DNA from: Vicugna vicugna
Taxonomy: Eukaryota
Length of the DNA stretch: 64,000 bases
Assembly (NCBI GenBank): GCA_013265495.1
Contig: MU058287.1
Location: 248,001-312,000, forward strand
Reading direction: 5' to 3'
The notes beneath the pieces were generated by a model. The model was not told the origin of the DNA and did no database searches. It was given only the letters and a program-made list of their open reading frames with translations. Shown here piece by piece: positions 1 to 13,338 of the stretch (the stretch's first letter is position 1; each line of letters begins with the position of its first letter). The position numbers were made by a program, and so were the translations under genes.

Positions 1-114
1 ACATATTTAAATACCTGAAGTCGTGAGTGGCACATGGAAGCAGTACAGGAAGCATTCACTGAATGAATGAAGACACAGGCGAGCTTGGGGGGCAGGGTGT
101 GTCACTCAGTAAAA

Positions 115-350
115 ACACAGGTTTGGAGTGTGGTCCATCTGAGGTCTAAGGCTCATGGCACTGTTCCCTATACTAGCTCTGTGTGACCTCTGATGAATTA
201 GTCCCTCTGTTCCTCCATTGCCTCGTTTATACAATGAAGGTGAAAATACCTATTTCATTTGACTTGCTGTGTGAATTAAATATGATGCCAGTAGAAAATG
301 TTTAGCATAAAACTGAGCTTATGTATTAGGAGCTGAGTGAATGGTAGCCA
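115..350 (+). mobile_element. MIR SINE relic
   Basis: tactagctctgtgtgacct...cctcgtttatacaatgaagg...aaaatgtttagcata resembles the MIR core. Confidence 0.7.
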
Positions 351-408
351 TTCTTATTCCTGTGTATTCAGCATTTCTGCATATAAATTAATGATGGGGG
401 AAGCAACA

Positions 409-471
409 CAAAACACAGGGGGATGATAAAAAAGAAAAAAAAAAACAAAAAAACAAAACACAGGGGGATGA
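409..471 (+). mobile_element. Poly(A)-only retroposed insertion (427-453) flanked by a perfect 18-bp TSD
   Basis: caaaacacagggggatga at 409-426 and at 454-471 flanks a 27-bp A-rich tract. Confidence 0.75.
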
Positions 472-3400
472 AAGAAGTCGTACTGCCGTGTTTACCTATC
501 AAATACATGTATTTGCCAGAAATAAAGACCAGCTTTCTTCTCTATTCTTTCCCCTGTGCTGTTTCAGTATGATGGTGTTTATTAAAGTGAAAGAGAAGAG
601 TAGAAAGGGGGAAATTGTAGGTGAGGAGGCTGCAGAGAGGAAGGGGAGATGGGAGGCTGAGGAAGACCTGGAAGAAAGTCTTGGAGAGAATCGAGAACAA
701 GTAGGACAGAGGGAAGGAGGGAGAGAGGAGCTTGTTGGTGATAAATCTCTCCTCTCTCCACTCCATCTCCCCACTGCCTCCCACCAGCTCTTTCTCCTAT
801 TCACATCCAAATGTGTTTCTCTTACTGCTATATACCTTGGACTTCAAGGAAGGGGTTAAAACCTAAAGAGATACCTCTGCATCTTACAGGACAAAGTGCA
901 AGCAAAAGTCCTCAATGATTGCTCCTGCCCATCTGCCCTGTCCCGACTCAATCCTTCATGCTCCTTCGTGTCCTGCAGTGTGACAGTCCCCTCGGTGGTC
1001 CGTGCGGTGCCTGTACACACTGCTGCTTCTCCTTCATCTTGTGAATGAACTTCCTCCTTTATCCTTTTTTCTGTTTGTGACGCTCCAGTCGCACATAAAA
1101 ACCCAGTTCAAATATCTCCTGCTGCGTGAAGTTTTCCCTTGAGCCGCCGGAGCAGACCAGGTCCCTCCAGCCACTGCCCCATCACGGGTCTGCACGTCTG
1201 CATGTATCTCATGACACTGTCGTCGTTTGATCGTCTGTGGCAGTTATTAGAGGTGCTATTCTGTGGGAACCACGAATGTTAACTTTAAATGTTCATGGAA
1301 GAAGTGAATATTAGGTCACTTTAAAGTCACTGTTATGTTTAAAGATACAACAGGAGTTATTTCTGGAATCACTTTGGCAAAAAGAATTCCTTTTGGTGGC
1401 CCACAGCCTGCTGGGCTGAAAAGAAGGCTCCACCCTAATGATGCCGCAGACCCTTGGCACCTAGTGGATGCCTTCATTAGGTAGATCCAGCAAGAGATAT
1501 TAACTTCCCTCAAGTCATATTAATAATGCTTTTTAAATGCAAAAATAATAGCCCAGTAAAATGGTGCCACTGTCCTAGGGTAATTGTTTCTATGACGCAT
1601 CATTTGCTCTTAATTGCAAAGATGTGCATGTCTTGGTTTAATGTGTAGCACTCTTTTGTTTATTTGGCCTAATTATGAAAACCATATCCTAAGAGCTGTT
1701 GGGGCTAATGTTAGAACTGGCTGAGTCCCAAATTTAGGACTGAGTCCATGAAGTGTTTTGGAAGTGCCTGGAACGTACTGGCACTTAATAAATATTTGTT
1801 CCATCTGAGTCTAAGTTTCTGACCCTAGGTCACATTTCTAACCTCATTCTAAGATGCATGTGTAAGCACATCTTGGACTGATTGGGCAGACAGCAAGAAC
1901 AGGTATCCAAGACCACACAGAAAAGGCAGAATTTAAAAGGCTCTGGTAGTTTTGGGGGGAGATTCTATGTCCTATTGTACTGGCATCACCACACCAAAAC
2001 TAGCACTTAAGGAGAGGGAGGCCCACCTCAAAGGGAAGTTCTCTTTGACTCCTGGAGGCTGGAACCTACCGAGGTTGAAATGGGCAGTTTTCTGTCATTC
2101 AGAGCACAAAATTATCTCCACTGTGAAGGGAGCGAGAGACGATTAAATTAATTTGGTCAGGTTTTCAGCATTAAAATTTTAGAATTTTTAGAACCTTCAT
2201 CTGCCTTGTTTCAAGCTGTTTGGAATGACACCACCACCTCCCCACATCCACTGACTCTGAATTTACCGTTGCCCCCAGGGAAGCTCCACCCCAGTTCTGG
2301 GCACGCCCCTCCTGACCCTGCTTTTCCCTGTATTCATCAAACATCTGACTTATTCAGAGAGCCCAGAAGTTTTGCAAAGGTTAGGATCAGTCAGTGTTTC
2401 GTGATTTTTTTTTTGACTCATCTTTCTCCTGTCACCCTTTCTATCATTTTAGATCAGATTTTGCTAATACAATAGGCTTTCTCTTCAAACTTGGAAATTC
2501 CTTCTTGCTTTATTATAGAATAAATTTTCTTTTTTAATCCTTTTTTACTTCAGAGGTGGTTGGGGAGGGGGACAGCAAACAAAACATTCACGTTGCGATA
2601 TGGAGTGTACAACTTCTTATTACCCAGAGCAGTTTTCCGTATTTTATTTTTATTTATGATATACCTGTAAATTGTTAGGACATCCTAGGGACTTTCCCTT
2701 ACTCCATCCTCCCAGGCAAGTCTGGTCATATCTCTAGCCCTGCCTGCAGCCAGGTACCTACAAGAATGCAGGTGCTCAGAGACACATGCACACACACACA
2801 CACACATGCACACAGCCAACCTTCAACTTTTTATTTATGACCAAAAGTTGTCTTGGGTTATAAGAAAACCTTGATATCCTGACAATCATGAAGGCAAGAA
2901 TTGGGGTCTGCCAACGTGGGGACCACCATGAGCACTACCCCATGTCCCGAAAAACCAGACGTCCCAGGAGCTCCACACAGCAGTCTCATTTTTAATAAGT
3001 TCACCTGGCGATTTGATGCATCCATTAGTCTGAGAACACTCCCAGAGGTCTGCCTGTGCCCTCCAGATGCAAATAAGTGGGCATGGGGCTGCCAGGTCTC
3101 TTATTATCCAGCTAGGCAGGGGCTGGTCTGGCTCACCTCATGTTCAAAAGCTGGTTTTGCTTCCAAGGAAGAAATGATTTTTATCTCTGTTCATATGGTA
3201 TGGGAGCAGTACCCTTCTATTCAAAAAATATTCTGGAGAAAAAAGAAGGACCAGAGAAATGGCGGTGAACATAGTCTTCGTTTAATATTCTTTGCACCGT
3301 ACACCCTGACTACAACCATAGATTCTTGAGCTCTAAGATAATCATGAGCTGCCCCCTTTTGCATCCGCCCTACTCACCAGAATTTGTACATCACACGGCA

Positions 3401-4409
3401 TATGTTTTTACCCTTCTGTTTATTCCTCAGCAAAGTTTACTCAAAAATATCCCTTTAGTTTATAGGCTACTGAATGCCATCACAGATAATCAAAACGTTT
3501 TTCCCCATGGCAAGTCCAGATCATTCTGGTGTAGTCCAAATCCATTTCTTTAATCTTGTTAAATACCCTTAAATTCCTCTATCAATACCTAAACTTCCTA
3601 CTCAACCGTCTCTCCATTTTTTTTGGCAAAAGGACACCTGTTTCTGAATGAAATATTTTAGCAGTTAGAAGGTACAGCTACCATTTATAAATAATCTGTT
3701 TCAGGGGATAGACTGTGTGGCTCAGATGTTATGCAAGATAATTTATGTGGCGCAGGGGGCTGGCATTATTGAACCAGCTGGTGAAAAGGTAATTCCCTCT
3801 CAATTATCTTTCAATCCTTCTGTTTCCATTTAGGAGAGTCCCTGTTTCATTCTAGTGTGTCTTTAATGTGCCTCCAATACTTATTAACATCCCTGCTTAA
3901 CACACACAGAGCAGCCTCAGAGTCAAACAGGATAACCTATCTGTCGAACCTTGATTAAGATCAATTAGATTTTCATTGTATTTGTTTTTGTGGTTATCTT
4001 CCAGTTATGACATTCCATTTATGAGAGTTTATAAATCATGTAAGTTTTCCTTTAAATATATTTATTTTTAAAAAATGTGAATTGACTAAGAAAACAGTTT
4101 TGCTTTGTTTTTTTAAAATCAGGTAGCGTGTGACAGAGCTGCACTAGGACTTTTGACTTTTGCAGGCACCTTGCATTTTTGGGTCCCTTCCTGAATATAA
4201 TATTATTCAGAATGTATATGCCACAGGAAAGAATGCATTTAGTAAAATATGAAGATCTTTTTGTTTACTTTGATCTCAACCAAAAATTAGTTCTGGTCTG
4301 TTGAGAGACAACATAAGTGATCTTCAGTCATGCACTCCCTCAGGGTTATTGAGTCAAAGATGATTTAACTCTAATATCTTTTAAAGACATAATTCTAATA
4401 TAGAAAACA

Positions 4410-4680
4410 GAGCCCGGGATTTGGAGACAAACAGAACTAGTCTTGAACCCTCTCCAGACAGTAGCTCTGTGATTGGGGCAAGACCGTTACCTTTTCCAAG
4501 TCTCGGTTATCTCATCTGCAGAATAGAGTTAGTAACTCCCCGGTAAGATGTTACTTTGAAGATTAAATTATCTCCATAAATATTTATTGAGCACCTCCTA
4601 TGTGCCTGGCTCTTTTTTAAGTTCACAAACGCCACGGTGAACAAAACAGAAGATAACCATTCTTGTGCAGCTGATGGTCT
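4410..4680. mobile_element. MIR followed by an L2 3'-end relic
   Basis: tagctctgtgattggggcaag...ctcatctgcagaatag (MIR), then aaatatttattgagcacctcctatgtgcctggc (L2 tail, minus). Confidence 0.65.
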
Positions 4681-6671
4681 TAAATGGAGTTGAGTACTTG
4701 CTTCCTGGTCCTTAAGTCATTGAAGCAGAGTTTGCCTGGGAGTGGTTTAGATCTGAATTTATTATACCCCTGGTTCTTAAATAATTCTCCCTCTTGCTGC
4801 TACAGCCTTTGAGGCACAACTAGCTGCCACAGGTTACTTAGAGATTCAGCAAGATCATTCGTGGATTTTTTTTTTTTAACCTTTTTCTTCAGTTCATAAA
4901 ATTTTAGCTACCTGCAGGGAAACATTTACATTTGTTATAAATATTATCGCACAATTTTTACTTTTGTTGCTGTATAATGTTTAGCAGTAAACGTAATTCA
5001 TATTACAATTTTTTTAAAAGGGAAGCATACATTCTCCAGTGCCTGAAAATTCTGAATGGTAAGCTGTTACCCTCATATCGGATTTGCCGCTGGCCAAACT
5101 GCCATAGGTACAGCCAGCCACAAAAAGATCTTTTGTCCTGGGCTATGTCACTAATGGAATAGGTAGCTCATTTTTAGTGGTGATAATGCCAGTGAAGTGA
5201 CCTAGAAAGATTTTCATTTTTCAAAAAGGTTTTTTTGTCTGGCATCATCAAAGTATGTCTTAACCCCTCTAGGCATGACATCTGATCATCAACAAGAAGA
5301 CTAGGTAACATAATGATAACTGGATAGCTGGACGAGAATATTCAGATTAGTTATTTGAACTTACATAACTTTATAGAAAATGGGTGATTTTTTTTTACTC
5401 AGTTTGGAGCAATGGGGGAAAAGGTAGAGCTTGGATATTTTTTAATATTAATAAGTCAAAAATAATATCATCATTCTGTAACCCACAGGCTATGAGAGTC
5501 AGCAATACCTTCAGCACAAAAGTTTGATTTGCAGGGATTTTTCTAAGATTTGCTAAGACTTGGCCTTATTGCTAACTATATATTTGAATTTTATAGGAAT
5601 GCACCCTTGTAAAACTATTGTTGGCATCTCAAATTGTTGGTGAAATTCCAGGCTGATGTCATCTGAGGTGACTAGATTATAATGGGGGAAAAAAAAAACA
5701 ATAAAAACATCCTTAAAATGCATATTGTCTCTGTATCAACACACATGTAAATTTTGTGTGGTTCCCTTCAGAGCTAGTTATACTGTTTTAAAACAATAAT
5801 AGAGAAGCAAAGGATAAGGAAATAGAAAGCTACCCAGCTGTGGAATCACCCACCTGACATTCTAGGCATAACATAGTCTAATTACAATGCACTGGCAGTC
5901 AGAACAGTTACATAGAGGAGAAAGTTTAAGGCAAAGAATTTCCAGTGTCTTCGTGTTTATTACAAGATCCTGTCTCTTTATTACGAATATAAACAATAAG
6001 TTGCTAGAAAGACTTTCACCTTGATATCCCCACCATGTCTTTTCCCACCAAGGCCTGTCTGTCACCTGGTTCCGTTTTGCTACAATACTTATTAGAGTTT
6101 GAAAATCATAACATTCAATTTCCTGCCTTTTCCTTGAACATGCAAACTCTACAGCAAGAGCAGAACAGAGATTCTTTCATGGCCATTAAGGAGAAACGAA
6201 ATAGTATCCAAACTTGCTGATGATTCAAGTCTCAGTTTTGCCATCTTCTCACCCTTGGGAAACTCTCCAGTGTTGGAAGGTATATCTATATCCTGACCCA
6301 GTTTTACCTAAGAAGCTCTTTTTCCCGTATATCTGTCCACCAAATTTCAATGCCAAGGATACTCAGCTTTCTTTTCTTCTTACCGTATGGTGGGGAGACA
6401 TTTTATCCCCATCCTGGCCCACAGAGCTGAGTATCTAGAGTGGCCACTGGGCTTGAAAAACAAATGGAAATGGTCCACGCAGCTTCTTTGGAGTCTACCT
6501 TCAAACATAGTATCTAAATCCATGCACTACTGATACAAACCAGTACATCCTTTCTGGAAGCTTATTTGGCTGCATTTCCTAGTCTGCTGCTGATACATAC
6601 ATAATTGGCCGTTATGCATCAGCAGCCTTAAAATCTCCATAGACTTACAGACTTTGACTTTAAGAAAACAA

Positions 6672-6765
6672 TCGAAATCACTATGTTGTACACCTGACGC
6701 TAATATAATATCATAAACCATCAATACTTCAATTAAAAAAGTAAAAAATGAATTTGAAAAAAGAA
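6672..6765 (+). mobile_element. Short L1 3'-end fragment with A-tail
   Basis: aaatcactatgttgtacacctgacgctaatataata...tacttcaattaaaaaa is a typical laurasiatherian L1 terminus. Confidence 0.7.
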
Positions 6766-7399
6766 AGTAATTTAACCTTCAGACATGGAGACAAAGGTGT
6801 CTCTAAAAGATATTCATCATGACGTTTTTAATAAATGAAAAGTTGAAAATCTTTTCCTACTTAATGTCCAAGAACAAGAATTGGTTATATAAATACTGGT
6901 ACATCCATAAAATGGAGTTTTAAGCAGCTATGGTCAGGGCTGATATTTTAGGAGGATTTCTAAACGGCATACCAAAAATTCTCATGCTACAATCCCAAAC
7001 AAAATTGTGTCACACAATTTGATCGTAACTCTGTATGAATAACGTGAACGAGGAAGAGGAAGAAAAGACATAGAGCAAAATATTAACAGTGGTTATTTTG
7101 ATTCCTTTCTTATATACCCATTTTTCCCCCATACATTTTTCTATAATTTCCTGTAACAGGCAAAAATGAAATACAATTTCAAAAATTAAGGTACGGAAGA
7201 AAAATCAAGGGAGCAGTTGACGGACGGCATGTTTCCAGGTCTTTTTCTACCTCTTAGGCGCGCCGTAGACTGCTCTCTGCTGTGGCACTTCTGCTAGGAA
7301 TTTACAGTCTCCATTTTCCTACTAAAGACAAAGCGAATACTGCAACTATTGAGGGGTGATGATAAGAATCTGTGTCACCTGGTCTCTGTTCTTTTTCAG

Positions 7400-7515
7400 C
7401 ACACAACGGTTCTGCCCTTTATATTGATCGAGATGAGGACATCACACCATGCGTATCCCAGCAGGAGCAGCGGACTTGCCGCCATATGTACCTTCTCTGT
7501 TGGCTATATATTATG
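7400..7515 (+). CDS. AIG1: AIG1 internal coding exon (116 bp; probably exon 4), [38 protein letters not shown](W)
   Basis: Acceptor ctttttcag|CAC at 7399/7400 and donor TG|gtaag at 7515/7516. My translation matches recalled human AIG1 residues ~134-172. The ORF track shows this region only in another frame. Confidence 0.96.
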
Positions 7516-10411
7516 GTAAGGACAGTGCCTGCTGGGCTTTCGTATTGTATCAGATTTTGCACTGCTAAATTTGGGCACATATTTCATTATGGATATAATC
7601 ACTAACAGATTCACACTGCGTGCCTCATTTGGTCCAAGACCTGGGCTTTGTCTCATTTCCCCAGATGCTTATATTTTTAGAAAGTATATGCCAAACCTCA
7701 CACAACAGGAATTTGTTGAACGATCCCATGTAAGCAGTGGTTCTTCCAAGGCTACATTTTTCAACTCTTTTTCAAACTAAATGTTTTTCTTGGACGTCAG
7801 TTTTATTGCTTAAGGGCTTTTTTGCTTGGGATTTTTTGTTGTTGTTGCTTTTGTTGGGGAGTGAGGGAGTTGCAGCGAATGCAAATGAGGACAGAAGAAA
7901 TGACCTCTTAGAGGAGTGACTTCTAACCTCTAAGTGAAACAAGTGAAAATGTACGTTTTCCTGAGTCAGTCTGAAACCTGTCCCAGAATTAGCTATTACA
8001 TATAGCATGCATTTAACAGTTTGGTTTTTAAAAACTGGGGTAAGTAAATTGCAGGAAATCTTCACTTGGTCTGTTGGGCACAAGTAAGTCCCAAGTGGGA
8101 GAGGCCAGATTTATCTGATAAGAGGTTTTGCCCAATGAGTTTACTTCACTTTAATTTCAGTTCTAACCACTTTTTAATATTTCAAAATTATTTATCTTAA
8201 GACAGAGAATTTCTTATTTCTCTGCATAATCCCAAGAACTCTTTGATATATTAGCATACACAGAAGAGGTCTCTCCTCTCAGCATTTCAGCCTCTTGGGA
8301 CGCTCATGTCCTGAGTTCTGGGTCACCTTTCAGCCTGAAGGACTGAATCCCATTCTTCCAAACTCCCCAGAACTGTACTTAATGCCACCAAAATCCCAGA
8401 GCACTTTGGGAGGTCCTGTCTCTGTGGAGTGTTTTGCTCCAGCCAGTCCAGAAATATAAAATAAAGGTCAGCACAGTACTTCACATATTTTGCCTAAATG
8501 ATCACATAATGCTCCAAATCAAACAAAAAGGTCATTTGCTTCTAAAAAGTCACATCCTATGGCTAAATCTAAGGGGACACCCAGACTGCAGACGCCAGAA
8601 CACACATGCAGTAATGTTCAAACCTATTTGCCACTTCATTGATTTGTCAGTGACTGTTCATTATGACTGGGGAATGTTTGTTTTCCTAGTCGCTTTCTAG
8701 ATTTTTTTTTCCCCACCTAAAATGCTAGGTATTGACTTCCTCTGAAAGAAAAGGTCCAAATGATGAGGGCTCACGGGTGAAATGTGACTTTGAAATTATT
8801 TCTTAAAAATGAATGTATGTGCTTTATACATATGAACTGGATGTTCGAATGACTCTGATCTTTCAGAAGAGTCGTGTAGGAAAGCTAGCAGTTACTCTGG
8901 GGATGCTGCAATAGTTACAGCACATCGCACATCTGGAACTGCCTACAGCGCATTAGTTTAAAAATCAAACGCCCTTCCCCCCTCCCCCGAAAACATAATC
9001 TCATGACTGCACGCATATTTACTTACCTGTGGGAAAGGAAGCTTTTCACTCTGGATGTATTTCTATGAATTCATTTATGTGCCATTAAATTATCTGAGTC
9101 TTGTAGAGCCCTAGAGGTTTCAGGAACTACGTGCTTTCTAATGGCTTTTCTTCCACCGTGGGTACAATCAGTCCACGTTCCAAGGAGACACGTGGGAAAT
9201 ACCACATAGTCTCCACGATAGACCCCCAAGATCCCTCATTAAAATGAAACATTACTTACGCCCTTCGTGCCAAGGGAGGCTTGCCAGCTCTGCGTACTCC
9301 CTGAGCAAACCAGCACTTGTTTGGACACATATCTGCATTAACCAGAGCATTCTCCCAGATACGTCCTGAGAAAGCTTCCAAAGTAGACTTTTTCCTTTGG
9401 TGTTCTGCCCTTGGCATTCATAACTATGCCAAGAGCTAAACAATGCCCCTCACATTATGTCACACTACATAAATCCAAGGATTTTAGTTGTTATCCAAAA
9501 GGTGCTGGCTCTTGCTCCCTTCAGGCTATCTCAGGGCCCATGTACCAGTGACACAGCAGAGGAAGGCTCAGCATATGACATCCTTCCACGGCATCCCAGG
9601 GTTGTGACTGGACATTCCAGAACCTTATGCCAAAATGTGAGAAAGGATTCCTCTTACCACGTGCTAATTATAAAATAAATAGACCTCCCTTACAATCCTC
9701 TGTACAGTTGAGCTGAGTCTAAACCTCCAAAGCTGCTGCCCAGCCTGTCTGTCTGCTTTGCTCTGATTCTAGCCTTTCACAAGTCTCCCTGCCTGTGTGA
9801 CTGTGTCCTCTTCCTGGACTTGGATGGCAAGAGCTGAGAAAGCAAGAGATGAGGGGGCTTCCCCTCCCGGACTGGAGCCCGTTGAGCTCCCAAGCTCAGT
9901 GGCCGGGTTTCCTGGCCCCTATCTCAGTCCTACCCAAGCTTAGCACCTGAAGTCATCCCAGACTCCTACCACGCCCACCTCCACCACTCCACTGCTCTCC
10001 TCTCTCCACTCGCCCAGGTGTCTGGGACACACATGCACCCCCGACCACGTGTGGTGGGCTCTTAGCTCCCTCCCTGCACACCTCTCCTCCACCGTCATTC
10101 CTGCACGTGTTTCCCTGCACCGGGTTTGTGAGGTTTCCCCTGAGGCCTTGCATGGCCCGTGTTACCTTAGGCAGGACACAACGCAGATCCCCAGTTTCCT
10201 CACAAGAGTAATTATCGGGAATTGCAGTGAATACAATTTTTTTGACTGCTGTGCCAAAAAGCTTTTCAAATGTTATCTTATTTAGTCTGCCAAATAACCC
10301 TTTGAGATAAGCATTATCTTGGCTCATTTAGCAGATAAGGAGACCAAAGTTTAGCAAGATAATATGGCTGGCCCAAGGAAGAGACACTGTTTTTTGCTGT
10401 TGCTAGAACTA

Positions 10412-10647
10412 CAGTTGAGCCTTGAACAACGTGGGCATTGGGGCCCCGACCATCCCTGTGGTGTAAAATGTGGTCAGCTCCACATGCGCACTTCTTCCAT
10501 GTCTATGATTTCTGTGTTACCTGAGGTTCCACATCTGCAGATCCAACCAATCTCGGATCATGTAGTACTGTAGTAAGTGTTTACTGTAAAAAGCCACATG
10601 TAAGTGGACCATCGCAGTTCACACCCATGTTGTTCATGGGTGGACTG
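10412..10647 (+). mobile_element. Tigger2-derived MITE (MER8-like), 236 bp
   Basis: TIRs cagttgagccttgaacaac ... gttgttcatgggtggactg; TA precedes the left end. Confidence 0.8.
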
Positions 10648-12052
10648 GACAGCGCAAGCCCTGGGGTGCAGGTACAGGGTCTACATGATGAATCCTGCTC
10701 TCCACTCCCTCTTACTGTGTGAAGAGTGACTCTGCGGGTGAACAGATTGTGAGGTTGTAGCTTTGTTTTTGTTCTGTACATCGGAAGCAGCCGTGTCTAG
10801 CCATTACAGCCACTTCTTGGGTTCGAATTCTGACTCTGCTTAACCTTTCTGGGCTTTAATTGGTTCAGATACAGAACAGGGGCAAGGAGAGTACGTACCT
10901 CGCAGGGCGGTTGTGAGGACGCAGTTACTAGAAGGGGAGCCCGCAGAACTGTGCCTGCACACGGTGAAAAGTTTCTGCGTTTGCTATTATTGTCATTATT
11001 TCTATATTTGTTGTTCTGAGAAGGTCCCCAGCAAACAGTGACAAGAGCACGTGATGTTTTCTTATCAAGGGATTGAGAATGTCAGTTACTACGCACGAGT
11101 CCTTTCTCTTCCTTTCCCCAATCTTGCTCCCTCGGACATTCTTCGCTTTAAAAATCCACAACAATAAAGGACATGAAGATACCACTTTGTTTTTTAAGCT
11201 TAAAGGGATCATCAGGAAACCTTGCAGGGGGGCTGGGTGAAACAGCATCATGGGATGCTGACAGCGGTCGTCCTCTAGTTCACAAATTCTGCAAGAGAAG
11301 ACATCCTGGCTTTACCTGGAGCAGGACTCCTGGTGGCCAGTCTGCTCCTTGGATGTGGCCCCCCAGCACCTCCCGTCCTTGTCTTCCTGCAGCGCTGCCG
11401 CTACTTTTCAATCTGCAGGACACAGAAAGAGGGAACCACCCCAGGTCCTAGGAAATTTACATCCCCTACAGTTCAACAGCGGGTCTCCTCTGTGCTGAGG
11501 GGTCTTCTTCCTGCCTCTGGCCACTGCCCCCTCCCACAGTGGTTCTCATTCAGCCAGGGCCCACCTGAGATCTCAGGGGCCGTCAGAGTACATGTCGCCC
11601 ACTAAATGCAAGGCACTGAATGCAAGGAGCAAGGAGGCATTAGTAGGGCAGAAAATGCGTCCTGGGGGTTTCTTCTTATGGATAAACATTTCTTGTCACG
11701 TCAGTGAGCTTATATACAGCAAGACAGAGATATCTGTTCTCGGGGTCCTCATGATTTCTGATAAATTTCACATTCTAAGTCCCATTACCCCCAAATGTGT
11801 CCATCATACAATTTTCCAACCTAGAAAATAAAGTAAAATCATAATGAAGTATGTTCTTCCTTTTATGACATAAACCCAAATTGTCCCAAGTCAGAATTTT
11901 ATCAACACCAAACTTGATATCAGCCATGGCATTGCAGATTTTTCTTGTTTTCTTATTGAAACTTTCCTATATTTCCTCAAGTTTTTGCTGGGAACATACA
12001 TTATTTTTAAAATAGAGAAAAGCATTCTTAAAAATAAAAATAATTATGAGTT

Positions 12053-12522
12053 TGTGAAGGAAAAGGCGGGCTGGTCTAACAAGATAACTCACAAGTCTAG
12101 GAATGTGAAGGAGAGGCTGGGCTGGGCTAACAATAACAAGATAACTCACAAATCTAATTATCGGAATACTGATCAGAGTTCTGCTGGACTAACTTGTAAA
12201 TCTAAGTTAATTAGTGTTGGTTTGCTGTTCATGTTTTTTGCTAGCCAGCTGGATTTTCAAAGATACATATCTGGCTTTGGAATGTTGGTTTGCTGCCTCC
12301 CTGCCTCCACCTTTGTGATGATAATGCTGCTAAAACTGTTCCATGCCTATTGGCCGAATACCCCAAGCTTGTACTTTACCCTGTACAACCTCATGCGCAC
12401 GTCTTGGAGGTGCTCAGAGCTTCGGAGCAGAAGCCCCTCTGAGCCCGCTGGCCTAATGCATCTGAGTACTCCAACCCTCCGAGTGGTGCTTGTTTCTTGG
12501 CTGGCCTATCGCTTCTGTAACA
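12053..12522 (+). mobile_element. ERV1-type solo LTR with 4-bp TSD AGTT
   Basis: TG...CA termini (tgtgaagg...tgtaaca) flanked by AGTT on both sides; 470 bp. Strand is tentative. Confidence 0.8.
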
Positions 12523-12529
12523 AGTTTAC

Positions 12530-12770
12530 TCATTGGAAAGTTTTGAACAGAGAATTGACATATTCTTAGACATTTGTAAAGTTTCACTTTGGCTACTGTG
12601 TAAAGAATGGACATGGGGACAAGGATAGGCAAGAGAACAGGTGAAAACTACAGAAGTAATTCTAGTGGGAGGTGAAGTAGTTTGGACCAAAGTGGTAGAA
12701 ATGACAGTGTAAGAAGTAGTAGAATTCTGAGTATGTTTTGAAGATAGAGTCAACAGTATTCCCTGTTTAA
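12530..12770 (-). mobile_element. L2 LINE relic
   Basis: gaattctgagtatgttttgaagatagagtcaacag resembles the antisense L2 3' region. Confidence 0.65.
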
Positions 12771-12825
12771 TTTAGACCAAATCTAAAACTCCCGACTAAT
12801 CCCCTTTAGTGTTTTTTAACCTTGG

Positions 12826-13338
12826 TGTGTGACAAGCAGAATAATGGTCCCCAAAGAGGTCCACAGCCTAATTCCCGGAACCTGTGAATACATCACCTCA
12901 CGTGACAAAAAAAAGACTTCGCAGATGTGATCGCATTAAAGACTTCGACACGGGGAGATTAACCTGCATTATCCAAGTGGGCCCAACCTAACGTTAAAGG
13001 AAGAAACCCTTTCTCGGCTGTGATCAGAGAGGGACATGATTGGGAGAACAGTCAGAGAGCTGTGATGGGAAAAGGACTCCAGCAACCGTTGCGGGCTCTG
13101 AAGATGGAGGAAGAGATCCACAACCAAGGAATGTGGGCTGTTTCTAGAAGGTAGAAAAGTCAAGGAGACAGATTTCCCCTAGAGCCTCCAGAGAGGAGTG
13201 CAGCCCTGCCAACATCTCGATATTAGTCTTGCGAGATTTGTGTTGGATTTTGAACATACAGAATTATAAAATAAATTTGCATTGTTTTAAGCCACAAAGT
13301 TTGTGGTAATGTGTTATAGCCACAAGGCAACCAATAGG
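12826..13338 (+). mobile_element. MaLR LTR (MLT1-type)
   Basis: gcagaataatggtccccaaagaggtccac...cctgtgaata...ttttaagccacaaagtttgtggtaatgtgttatagc, hallmark MLT1 motifs. Confidence 0.85.

Noticed and set aside
7372..7605. 77-aa ORF overlapping the AIG1 exon
   Set aside because: Wrong frame; the splice-defined frame gives the AIG1 peptide.
11985..12569. Longest ORF in the track (194 aa)
   Set aside because: Runs through a solo LTR and its flanks; non-ATG start; the internal peptide repeat is just the LTR duplication.
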